A stretch of DNA of 60,683 bases, counting the filler. It is 4 parts of 4 records of this genome, joined end to end, with 100 filler letters (N's around TTAATTAATTAA, not from the genome) between each part and the next. Parts side by side here need not be neighbours in the genome. Positions count along the whole stretch, not along the records: positions 20,440 to 45,680 come from DRR723986_28818; positions 45,781 to 53,682 come from DRR723986_29007; 2 more parts are not named here. One strand, given 5' to 3'. Position numbers and translations under genes: made by a program. Below, piece after piece: positions 37,385 to 46,027 of the stretch. A model generated the notes under the pieces. It did no database searches and was not told the origin of the DNA. It saw only the letters and a program-made list of their open reading frames with translations. How positions within the stretch are numbered: the stretch's first letter is position 1; each line of letters begins with the position of its first letter.

Positions 37385-37946
37385 GATAAATGTATTTTAA
37401 GTAATAACCAGGCACAAGATATCCCAAAACCATCGCAATCCCAGCGACTAAGTACTGATCAGAAACTGATACAAGGAATGCAATAATAGCAGCAATCGCC
37501 AAAACTAATCCGCCAAACTTAACCATCGAAACTTTGATGATGCTACCGGTAGCAAACATTCCAACTGCGGCTAATAGTAAAATCAAAGGATTATGATTAA
37601 ATCCTAGCACTGGCATAAAACTCAGAACTATTAGCATGGCAACGAATACTCCTATCCAGACTTGGTTCAGGATCTGATCTAGATGTGTTTTGAATTTTGC
37701 CTGGCTCCGCTTATTGTAGCTCCAGTAAAAACTGAATAAGGAAGCTGGAATTACAAGAATCCAGATGTAATAAGGGTGTTCGTAATTTGCTTTTTCAAGT
37801 GCATAAAACCCAAGATTGCAAATAGATATTACCCATCCCCAGAGCAAAAGGTGAAAACTTCCATCTCCTGCCGCTTCTTTTTTGACTCTAGCGATCATAT
37901 CAGTGATGATCGCTAAGGACTCAGTACTTGATAATTCTTTTTCCAT
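37371..37946 (-). CDS. multi-pass membrane protein coupled to the winged-helix gene
   Basis: ESLAIITDMI...LLLWGW followed by about 6 TM helices; start placed at MEKEL. Confidence 0.75.
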   Translation of the reverse strand: MEKELSSTESLAIITDMIARVKKEAAGDGSFHLLLWGWVISICNLGFYALEKANYEHPYYIWILVIPASLFSFYWSYNKRSQAKFKTHLDQILNQVWIGVFVAMLIVLSFMPVLGFNHNPLILLLAAVGMFATGSIIKVSMVKFGGLVLAIAAIIAFLVSVSDQYLVAGIAMVLGYLVPGYYLKYIYRERV

Positions 37947-38145
37947 GATTATTAAATTTAATGTTTGAGCGATAAATGTAAATAAGTTTATAATATAAAC
38001 CAAAAATAAATTAAAATGCTGATTATAAAATGTTTAAAATCCTTTTGGTCGTATTTGGGTTTGATAATGAATTTGGAACCCTCCGGGAATTCATTTTTGA
38101 ATTCATTTTCTTAACTTGATTCTTAAACCTTTTTGATGCCAAAAC

Positions 38146-38598
38146 ATGAAAAATATTTTTCATCCTCAGATAGTTCAAGAATTAATCGACAGGATAAACA
38201 AGCTTACTCCCGAGACCACTCCGCGTTGGGGAATAATGCGGGTAGATCAAATGATGGCTCACTGCTGTGTTGCTTATGAAATGGCATATACCGATAAGCA
38301 TCCCAAGCCTAATTGGTTTATGCGCTTCTTGTTGAAATCCTTCGTAAAGAATGGCGTAGTAAACGATAAACCTTACCCGAGAAATGCCAGAACTGCACCT
38401 GCTTTTATTATTGCGGAGCGCAAAGACTTTGAAACTGAAAAAGCACGTTTAATTGGGTATTTGGAGCAGACTAGAGATCTTGGTATCCCCCATTTTGAGG
38501 GCAAGGAATCGCTATCTTTTGGTCCGCTCACAGCTGAGGAATGGAATAGTCTTTTCTATAAGCATCTCGATCACCATTTAACCCAATTCGGTGTATGA
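38146..38598 (+). CDS. DinB/DUF1569 family protein
   Basis: RWGIMRVDQMMAHC...FGPLTAEEW...KHLDHHLTQFGV. Confidence 0.85.
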   Translation: MKNIFHPQIVQELIDRINKLTPETTPRWGIMRVDQMMAHCCVAYEMAYTDKHPKPNWFMRFLLKSFVKNGVVNDKPYPRNARTAPAFIIAERKDFETEKARLIGYLEQTRDLGIPHFEGKESLSFGPLTAEEWNSLFYKHLDHHLTQFGV

Positions 38599-38963
38599 TA
38601 CATCCAGCAAAGTCTATCAGGACTTTTATTGGTTCAAAAGACTATAACGAGAGTATTCGATTTTATCAAGTATTGGGATTTGAGGTGAAGTCACTCGATC
38701 CCAAGATGTCATTAGTTACCGTTACCGATAAGCTTGCTTTCTATTTACAAGATGCTTACATAAAAACCTGGTGCGAAAACTCGATGATTTTTCTAGAATT
38801 AGAAAGTGATCTCGAGTCTTATTGGGAGGCTATCAAAGTCCTTGGTTTACCGGATAAATTTCCTGGAACCAAACTGAGCACGATTAAACATAACGATTGG
38901 GGAAGTGAGTTTTTTCTTCATGACCCAGCCGGTGTTCTTTGGCATTTTGGGATATTCAATTGA
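38595..38963 (+). CDS. glyoxalase/VOC family protein
   Basis: SIRFYQVLGF...DWGSEFFLHDPAGVLWHFG; ATGA overlap with the upstream gene. Confidence 0.85.
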   Translation: MIHPAKSIRTFIGSKDYNESIRFYQVLGFEVKSLDPKMSLVTVTDKLAFYLQDAYIKTWCENSMIFLELESDLESYWEAIKVLGLPDKFPGTKLSTIKHNDWGSEFFLHDPAGVLWHFGIFN

Positions 38964-39142
38964 TCCCTACTCCAGATGTGGAAAATATAGGCTGACTTAT
39001 AGACTAATTCCGCTATACTTTGAGCCTAAATAAGTTAGCTGATTGACGGTTAAGATTTCTTTTAATAGACCATAAGAATTTTGTCAAGTAGTTCTTTCGG
39101 TCTGATTCTTGAGCCCTTTTGCCTCAAAAAGATTAACTACAT

Positions 39143-39601
39143 ATGAACAAAAATTTGCTTCTATTGGGACTTTTTGCGTCACTTTCATTTGCAACTTCCT
39201 GCTCTAACTCTGAATCAGTTTCTGAAGAGGAAAATGAAATCAATTCTACAGAAAAGGCTTTATATGTTAGTGACAATTCAGCTACCTCGCTTGACTGGAA
39301 CGGTACCTATAAAGGCACAGTGCCCTGCGCTAGTTGTGAGGGAATTGAAACTATTCTAACCCTTAACATCGATCGTACTTATAAATTGTCAACCCATTAT
39401 TTCGGAAGAAATGACGCTCTGGAAGAGGATGATATGGGGACTTTTACGTGGGATGAAACTGGATCTATTATTACGCTGGAGCATGTAAGCAATGGACCTA
39501 GCAAATATAAAGTGGGTGAAAATCGCATTTGGCAACTTGACATGCAAGGAAATATGATCACCGGAGATCTTGCGGATCATTACATACTGACCAAGCAATA
39601 A
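39143..39601 (+). CDS. NlpE N-terminal domain lipoprotein (copper resistance protein family)
   Basis: Lipobox ATSC; SLDWNGTYKGTVPCASCEGIET with CxxC. Confidence 0.88.
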   Translation: MNKNLLLLGLFASLSFATSCSNSESVSEEENEINSTEKALYVSDNSATSLDWNGTYKGTVPCASCEGIETILTLNIDRTYKLSTHYFGRNDALEEDDMGTFTWDETGSIITLEHVSNGPSKYKVGENRIWQLDMQGNMITGDLADHYILTKQ

Positions 39602-39604
39602 ACC

Positions 39605-40537
39605 TTACTTAAATCGCACTATTTTTCCATGAGCTTTTGAGGTCATGTTCTGAGGAATGGAATCTGTGATTTCCTTGTATAAAAGTTCTACGAGCTTTTG
39701 CTTTAGGAAACTTCGATTTAAAATTATACTTACTTCGCGTGTAGGAGAAACGCCGTCAAAAGGCCTTAATCTAGTTTTCTCCTCATCGGAAAGTTCCAAG
39801 GTCGCTAATTCTGGAAGAAGAGTAACGCCTTTGTATCTGTTTACCATGTTTTTAAGCCCTTCAAGTGATCCACTTTCGTAGTGAAAATTCTTTGGTCCGC
39901 TTAGGCTTTGATCACAAAGATTAATCACTTGATCCCGAAAACAATGCCCTTGCTGGAGAACCCAGAAATCTTCTTTCTGCACTTTTTCAGGATGAAACGC
40001 CGACTCCTTTAATAGGGGATGATCCTTTGACAAATAGGCGAAAAACTTTTCATAAAACATTGGTTTCTCGACAATTCCTGCTTCCTCCAAAGGTGTCACA
40101 ATAATTCCAAGATCTAACTCGTCATTCTTTAACTTTTTCACTACGTCTTCAGTGACCATTTCCTGCACCTCCAGCTTCACATGTGGATATTTCTCCAAAA
40201 ACTTTCTGATAAAAAGATGCAATAAGTAAGGTGCCAGCGTAGGGATAATCCCCAACTTTATCACCCCTGAAACATCTCCTTTCAAGTCAGCTACCAATTC
40301 AAAAATTCCTTTGCTTTCAGACACCACCTTCTTGGCTTGCTTGATTATTTGAACTCCCATTTCAGTAGGAATTACAGGCATTTTACTTCGATCAAAAAGA
40401 ATGACCCCTAAATCCCGTTCTAACTTACTGAGCTGTGCGCTCAAGGTAGGTTGAGTTACAAAACAGCTCTCCGCAGCATGGCCAAAGTGTCTGTGCTTGT
40501 CGACTGCTATTAGGTATTCTAGTTGTTGTATAGTCAT
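39605..40537 (-). CDS. oxyR: hydrogen peroxide-sensing LysR regulator OxyR
   Basis: LysR HTH HFGHAAESCFVTQPTLS; GIIPTLAPY; redox pair GHCFRDQVINLC. Confidence 0.9.
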   Translation of the reverse strand: MTIQQLEYLIAVDKHRHFGHAAESCFVTQPTLSAQLSKLERDLGVILFDRSKMPVIPTEMGVQIIKQAKKVVSESKGIFELVADLKGDVSGVIKLGIIPTLAPYLLHLFIRKFLEKYPHVKLEVQEMVTEDVVKKLKNDELDLGIIVTPLEEAGIVEKPMFYEKFFAYLSKDHPLLKESAFHPEKVQKEDFWVLQQGHCFRDQVINLCDQSLSGPKNFHYESGSLEGLKNMVNRYKGVTLLPELATLELSDEEKTRLRPFDGVSPTREVSIILNRSFLKQKLVELLYKEITDSIPQNMTSKAHGKIVRFK

Positions 40538-40715
40538 AGGCTTATGCTTCTCTATGTCAAAAGTAGAAATTTCCGAAAAGAGTTTCTTCCTCCTTTTCTA
40601 ATACCAAGAACCTTTAATCAAATAGCGAATTGAATATTTTTCAGTCGATCAGAAAATCAGTACTTTATTAGCCAATATTCAAACGATCCCCTAATAACCT
40701 TAATCTCTCTAAATA

Positions 40716-42017
40716 ATGAGCAAATCAAATTTTTCCCGAAGGAAATTCCTAAGTGCCTCCTTATTAAGTACCGTTGGCTTTTCAGCTATTCCAAATCTAA
40801 GTTTTGGAAAAAATACGGTCGCAGCCGATACCTCTAAAATTCGCCTAGGATTCATAGGAGTAGGGAGGCAGGCGATGGGATTGCTTAGCAACATGATGAA
40901 AAACCCAATTGTGGACGTAGTGGCAGGTGCGGACGTCTATGAGATAAAATTGGAAAGATTTAAAGAACGTGTAGCAAAGCTTTATAAGGAGGAGAAAAGA
41001 GAGGCTCCATCAATGAAAGTTTATGGGGATTACAAAGAATTGCTATCAAATCCTGATGTCGATGCAGTAGTGATCGCTTCGCCAGATCATTGGCATGCAA
41101 TGATGGCAATTGATGCCTGTCATGCCGGAAAAGACATTTATCTGGAAAAGCCGCTAACCTTCACCATTCATGAGGGGCAAGAGTTAGTTAAAGCTGTGCG
41201 CTCCAATGGGATCGTACTTGCTGTAGGAAGCATGCAGCGATCTGGGGCTAATTTTCAACACGCAGCCAGAATGGTCCAAAAAGGAATGCTTGGAAATATC
41301 AAACAAGTTCTGGTTAATGTAGGTACTCCGCCTCATCCCAAGCCTTACGATTTGCCACTTCAACCCGTTCCTGCAGGTTTAGATTGGAATTCCTGGGTTG
41401 GGCCTATTCCAGCTATTCACTACAATGAAGAATTAAATCCTCCAATTAGCCTGAACCCAGAGAAAAATGAAAAAGTATGGGGAGCATGGCGATGGTACCA
41501 AGAAACAGGTGGCGGGCTGATGACTGACTGGGGAGCACATATGATAGATATCGCACAGTGGGGACTTGGAATGGATAGAAATGGTCCAGTTGAAGTAATC
41601 CCTAGTACTGGTTCTGCACCGCTGAAATACATTTATTCAAATGGAGTCCCTATGGTTATTGAGCCTTTTGATGAAGGAAGGCAAGGAGTGAAGTTTATTG
41701 GAGAAAAGGGCTGGATTAAGGTTTCTAGGGGTACTTACGACACGAATGTTTTAGCCTGCGAGCGCAAATTCGAGAAAGAGGAGTTTGGATTCGGGGATCA
41801 TCACATAGATTTTATTGATTGTGTAGTTAAGCGAAAAGATCCTGTAGTGCCTGTTGAAATCGGTCATAGCTCGTGTACAGCTTGCACTATCGGAAATATT
41901 GCGCATCAATTAGGACGACCACTTAAATGGGATCCAATAGCACAAGTATTTGTAGATGACTGGGAAGCCAATTCCAAGCTTCATTATACTTACCAGCATG
42001 GCTATTCACTTGGTTAA
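40716..42017 (+). CDS. Tat-exported Gfo/Idh/MocA family oxidoreductase
   Basis: Twin-arginine signal SRRKFL; GFIGVGRQ; SPDHWH; YLEKP; DWGAHMID. Confidence 0.9.
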   Translation: MSKSNFSRRKFLSASLLSTVGFSAIPNLSFGKNTVAADTSKIRLGFIGVGRQAMGLLSNMMKNPIVDVVAGADVYEIKLERFKERVAKLYKEEKREAPSMKVYGDYKELLSNPDVDAVVIASPDHWHAMMAIDACHAGKDIYLEKPLTFTIHEGQELVKAVRSNGIVLAVGSMQRSGANFQHAARMVQKGMLGNIKQVLVNVGTPPHPKPYDLPLQPVPAGLDWNSWVGPIPAIHYNEELNPPISLNPEKNEKVWGAWRWYQETGGGLMTDWGAHMIDIAQWGLGMDRNGPVEVIPSTGSAPLKYIYSNGVPMVIEPFDEGRQGVKFIGEKGWIKVSRGTYDTNVLACERKFEKEEFGFGDHHIDFIDCVVKRKDPVVPVEIGHSSCTACTIGNIAHQLGRPLKWDPIAQVFVDDWEANSKLHYTYQHGYSLG

Positions 42018-42066
42018 AGCGTATTAATTGAGGTTGTTGTATAGTTCAGGTAGTTGATTTTTAAGA

Positions 42067-42087
42067 TTATACAGTTAGATTGTATAA
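42067..42087. promoter_or_regulatory. OhrR-type operator palindrome
   Basis: TTATACAGTT-A-GATTGTATAA. The core TACAGTT-A-GATTGTA resembles the Bacillus OhrR box TACAATT-N-AATTGTA and lies just before ohrR-ohr. Confidence 0.7.
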
Positions 42088-42105
42088 AATCCTAATTTTC
42101 GCCCC

Positions 42106-42540
42106 ATGCTTCCAATCCATCAGCTTTCGCTTTCTCTTTATTCAAGTTCCAGATTATTAATTCAGTTCATTCAAAGCGGTTTGAATGAACTGAATTTGAC
42201 CTACCCACAATTTCTTGTGCTATCTGTTTTGTGGGAAGAAGATGGGTTGAAGGTCAATGAAATCGGTAAGCGTCTTTATCTTGATTCAGGGACGTTGACG
42301 CCATTGTTGAAAAAACTGGAGGCAATGAATTATGTGAGGAGGCAGAGAGGGGAGGCGGATGAACGAACAGTTCATGTGGAATTGACTTATCCTGGAAAAT
42401 CACTTCAAGTTAAAGCGCATGAAATAATTGAGCCCTTAAATGAACAAATGACAGAATCTTCAGATTTAAAATTGTCTGCGCTAAACCATTCTATTTCTCA
42501 CTTGTTAGATAGTATTGAAAAACTAAAAAGATCTAACTAA
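42106..42540 (+). CDS. ohrR: OhrR-like MarR regulator lacking any cysteine
   Basis: LTYPQFLVL-VLWE, LDSGTLTPLLKKLE and R...DER; adjacent to ohr; QLSLSLY where OhrR has QLCFxLY. Confidence 0.8.
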   Translation: MLPIHQLSLSLYSSSRLLIQFIQSGLNELNLTYPQFLVLSVLWEEDGLKVNEIGKRLYLDSGTLTPLLKKLEAMNYVRRQRGEADERTVHVELTYPGKSLQVKAHEIIEPLNEQMTESSDLKLSALNHSISHLLDSIEKLKRSN

Positions 42541-42963
42541 ATGAAGAAGTTGAATATTGATTATACCGCGGTAGCTATAAATACTGGAGGTAGAAAAGGC
42601 CATGTGAAAACGGATGATGGACTTTTGGATTTTGACGTTGCGATGCCAAAAGAAATAGGAGGTGAAGGAGGGAAAACAAATCCAGAACAATTTTTTGCTG
42701 CAGGTTATGCTGCTTGTTTCGGTGGTGCATTAGGTGCTGTTGCTGGGAAGACGAGTCTGCGGGATTCTGAAATTACCGCCAAAGTTCATCTGGGTAATTA
42801 TGGTCCGGGTGATTTCGGTTTGGCTGTGGATATTTTTGTAAAAATACCGCATGCTGATTCTTTGGAAGCAGCCCAAAAACTAGTTGAGGAAGCGCATAAA
42901 GTTTGTCCTTACTCCAAAGCAACTAAAGGGAATATAGAAGTAAATGTGAAGGCTATCTCTTAG
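42541..42963 (+). CDS. ohr: organic hydroperoxide resistance protein Ohr
   Basis: GGRKG, TNPEQFFAAGYAACF and AHKVCPYSKA; both catalytic Cys present. Confidence 0.93.
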   Translation: MKKLNIDYTAVAINTGGRKGHVKTDDGLLDFDVAMPKEIGGEGGKTNPEQFFAAGYAACFGGALGAVAGKTSLRDSEITAKVHLGNYGPGDFGLAVDIFVKIPHADSLEAAQKLVEEAHKVCPYSKATKGNIEVNVKAIS

Positions 42964-42974
42964 CTTTCGCTCTT

Positions 42975-43011
42975 AAAATCTACAGTCTAGCTACTCGCCT
43001 AGACTGTAGAT
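42975..43011. terminator. 13-bp stem-loop between convergent genes
   Basis: ATCTACAGTCTAG-N8-CTAGACTGTAGAT. Confidence 0.7.
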
Positions 43012-43015
43012 ATGT

Positions 43016-44011
43016 TTATTTGATGGATTGTGGTTGAGATATTTTTATAATCCCTTTTTTAAAAATTTTACGTTCTTGAAGAGCCATAAGTCCACTTGGT
43101 GCATTTTCTAAAGCATATAATCCTAGGTCGTGTCCAGTGATTTTTCCTTCCAAAATCCAGTGAAAAAGGGTCTCCATATTCTGCCTATTCTGCTCAGCTT
43201 CCACCTTTGAGAAATTTCCCCAAAAAACTCCAACAATTGAACAGCCTTTTAAAAGAGGGAGGTTCATAGGAATCTTTGGTATTTCACCGTTAGCAAATCC
43301 CACGATCAGATATCTTCCTTTCCATGCGATTCCTCGCAAAGAGGGATCAGTGTACTTTCCTCCAACGGGGTCTAAAATCACATCAACTCCCTTTCCATTT
43401 GTTAATTCCTTGATTCTGATTTTTAGGTCTTCTGATTCGTAATTGATTGTTTCATCAGCACCTTTACTTCTGCAGTATTCCAGTTTTTCATCCGAAGATG
43501 CACAGGCAATGACTTTTGCTCCCATGGCTTTTCCCAATTCAACTGCAGCAATTCCGATTGCTCCAGAAGCTCCAAGTACAAGTAAGGTTTCTCCTTCCTG
43601 AAGATTTGCCCGATCTTTCAACCCATGAAAAGCTGTGCTTAAGGAATAAAGAGATCCAGCAGCTATTTCTGAGGAAATTCCATCAGGAAGTACAAAAATT
43701 CGATCAGTATCCACAGCTATTTTCTCCGCAAATCCACCCCAGCGACAAAGTGCCAATACGCGATCTCCAATCTTCAGATTGCTAACATTATCGCCTAATT
43801 CGATGATTTTACCCACTACTTCTCCACCAGGAGAAAAAGGAAGCTCTGGCTTAAATTGATACTTGTTTTGGATGATCAGCAAATCAGGATAGCTCACACC
43901 ACATACTTCTACCTGAATTAGAACTTGATTTTCCTTCGGTCTAGGATCCGGTAATTCTCCAATTTTTAAGTTTTCAGGTAGGCCAAACTCCTCGCAAATA
44001 ACTGCTTTCAT
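43016..44011 (-). CDS. NADPH:quinone oxidoreductase family (zinc-independent MDR)
   Basis: PFSPGGEVVG, LVLGASGAIG, GVDVILDPVGG and GRYLIVGFA. Confidence 0.9.
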   Translation of the reverse strand: MKAVICEEFGLPENLKIGELPDPRPKENQVLIQVEVCGVSYPDLLIIQNKYQFKPELPFSPGGEVVGKIIELGDNVSNLKIGDRVLALCRWGGFAEKIAVDTDRIFVLPDGISSEIAAGSLYSLSTAFHGLKDRANLQEGETLLVLGASGAIGIAAVELGKAMGAKVIACASSDEKLEYCRSKGADETINYESEDLKIRIKELTNGKGVDVILDPVGGKYTDPSLRGIAWKGRYLIVGFANGEIPKIPMNLPLLKGCSIVGVFWGNFSKVEAEQNRQNMETLFHWILEGKITGHDLGLYALENAPSGLMALQERKIFKKGIIKISQPQSIK

Positions 44012-44201
44012 TTCGATGTAATTTTTTTACGATAAAAATCTTTAAGGTATGTTTTCTATGATTCTATTTGGCTAAACTTTTTCGCCACCAATCAGCTTCT
44101 CTGGTTCTTGCTACCTTCCTGCCTGACAATTACATCTTTAAAATAGGCATTTCAGGCTGAAAAGGATAATTTTGAAGCTGTACTAAATAATCCCCAGATA
44201 T

Positions 44202-45590
44202 ATGGCAGTTAATGATTTTATCCGAGACAACAAAGATCGATTTCTTAATGAATTGTTGGATTTGCTCCGCATTCCTTCGGTAAGTGCTGATCCTAAATTT
44301 AAAGATGATGTTTTTGCTGCGGCTAATTTTGTGAAGGAAAGCTTGGAAAAAGCAGGAGCTGATGTAGTGGAAATTTGCCAGACGAAAGGTTATCCAATTG
44401 TTTACGGAGAGAAAATCATTGACCCTGCTTTGCAAACGGTTTTGGTATATGGACATTACGATGTGCAGCCAGCTGATCCGTATGAGCTTTGGGATTCACC
44501 TCCTTTTGAGCCAGTGATTAAAAAGACGAAGATTCATCCCGAAGGAGCAATTTTCGCTCGTGGATCTGCGGATGACAAAGGTCAGTTTTACATGTATGTG
44601 AAAGCTTTTGAAGCGATGATGGCTTCAGGAGATTTGCCTTGCAATGTCAAATTTATGATCGAAGGAGAAGAGGAAGTCGGGTCTGACAACTTGGATAAAT
44701 TCGTCATCGAAAATAAAGAAAAGCTGAAAGCAGACGTCATTTTGATTTCTGATACGCATATGATTTCCATGCAAGATCCTTCCATCACGGTTGGTCTTCG
44801 CGGCATGGCTTACATGGAAGTGGAAGTAACTGGATCCAATCGAGACCTTCACTCAGGTACATACGGTGGAGCAGTTGCCAACCCGATCAATGTACTTTGT
44901 GATATGATTGCTTCCATGCAGGATGAGAATAAGCATATTACCATTCCTGGGTTCTACGATAAGGTGCAAGAGCTGACGGCTGCGCAAAGAGAGCGCTTGA
45001 ACGAGGCTCCATTTGATCTAAATGAGTACAAAGAGAAATTGGACATTGATGATGTTCATGGGGAAGAAGGCTACACGACTATCGAGCGAGTTGGTATTCG
45101 TCCTACGCTAGATGTGAACGGAATCTGGGGTGGATATATTGGTGAAGGAGCCAAAACCGTTTTGCCGTCAAAAGCACATGCGAAAATCTCTATGCGTCTC
45201 GTACCTGATCAAGACTGGAGAGAAATCGCTGAGTTATTTGAAAATCACTTCAAATCCATCGCTCCAAAATCAGTAAAAGTAAAAGTGAAAGCTCATCATG
45301 GCGGTTCCCCTGCGGTAGTTTCAGATTCATCTGTTGGTTACAAAGCAGCAGAAGCTGCAATGGAAGAGACTTTTGGGAAAAGACCAATTCCGACTCGCGA
45401 AGGTGGATCTATTCCTATCGTTGCGTTGTTCCAAAAGGAATTAGGTTCTGATCCGATTTTGTTTGGTTTTGGGCTTGATACGGATGCATTGCATTCACCT
45501 AATGAGCACTACGGTGTAAAAAATTACTTTATTGGTATAGAAACCATCGCGGCGTTCTTCCGTCAATTTAGAAAACTAAGCGACCACTAA
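44202..45590 (+). CDS. M20 family dipeptidase
   Basis: YGHYDVQP, RGSADDKG, EGEEEVGS, DLHSG and HSPNE. Confidence 0.92.
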   Translation: MAVNDFIRDNKDRFLNELLDLLRIPSVSADPKFKDDVFAAANFVKESLEKAGADVVEICQTKGYPIVYGEKIIDPALQTVLVYGHYDVQPADPYELWDSPPFEPVIKKTKIHPEGAIFARGSADDKGQFYMYVKAFEAMMASGDLPCNVKFMIEGEEEVGSDNLDKFVIENKEKLKADVILISDTHMISMQDPSITVGLRGMAYMEVEVTGSNRDLHSGTYGGAVANPINVLCDMIASMQDENKHITIPGFYDKVQELTAAQRERLNEAPFDLNEYKEKLDIDDVHGEEGYTTIERVGIRPTLDVNGIWGGYIGEGAKTVLPSKAHAKISMRLVPDQDWREIAELFENHFKSIAPKSVKVKVKAHHGGSPAVVSDSSVGYKAAEAAMEETFGKRPIPTREGGSIPIVALFQKELGSDPILFGFGLDTDALHSPNEHYGVKNYFIGIETIAAFFRQFRKLSDH

Positions 45591-45658
45591 TAATTGGCTT
45601 AATGCTTTATCTTGTAGTTCAATAATTCTCTTATCTCAATTTCCTTGTCCATCAGGCT

Positions 45659-45680
45659 GGAAGACCGAAGACGGATGACC
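45659..45680 (+). repeat. 7-bp tandem repeat running into the contig end
   Basis: GGAAGAC CGAAGAC GGATGAC C. Confidence 0.55.
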
Positions 45681-45780
45681 NNNNNNNNNNNNNNNNNNNN
45701 NNNNNNNNNNNNNNNNNNNNNNNNTTAATTAATTAANNNNNNNNNNNNNNNNNNNNNNNNNNNNNNNNNNNNNNNNNNNN
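45681..45780. other. artificial contig linker
   Basis: 44 N + TTAATTAATTAA + 44 N; GC content rises sharply across it. Confidence 0.98.
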
Positions 45781-45837
45781 TAGAGCATCGGTCTCCAAAA
45801 CCGAGGGTCGCGGGTTCGAGTCCTGCTGCCCCTGCCA
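45781..45837 (+). tRNA. tRNA-Trp(CCA), 5'-truncated by the contig edge
   Basis: D-arm 3' end TAGAGC; anticodon arm TCGGT-CTCCAAA-ACCGA (CCA at 45795-45797); T-arm GCGGG-TTCGAGT-CCTGC; encoded 3' CCA. Confidence 0.93.
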
Positions 45838-45864
45838 GGCAAACTTCCTGAAATCGAGGACCGG

Positions 45865-45886
45865 ACACACCGCGTATGCGGTGTGT
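45865..45886 (+). terminator. stem-loop downstream of tRNA-Trp
   Basis: ACACACCGC-GTAT-GCGGTGTGT; no strong U tract. Confidence 0.4.
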
Positions 45887-46027
45887 AAACGCCTGTCTGT
45901 GCATTCCACAAAAATATTGCCTCGCAACGCTCAAGCGTAAACGAGGTGTGAACGATTTCTGGTGAATTGATCGGTTCCTGCGCCATCCGGCGCACCCGTC
46001 AATTCCAGCCAGAAAGGCGATCCCTTC

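Noticed and set aside
40500..40560. OxyR ATAG-N7-CTAT autoregulatory site
   Set aside because: Only partial half-sites with incorrect spacing; not supportable.
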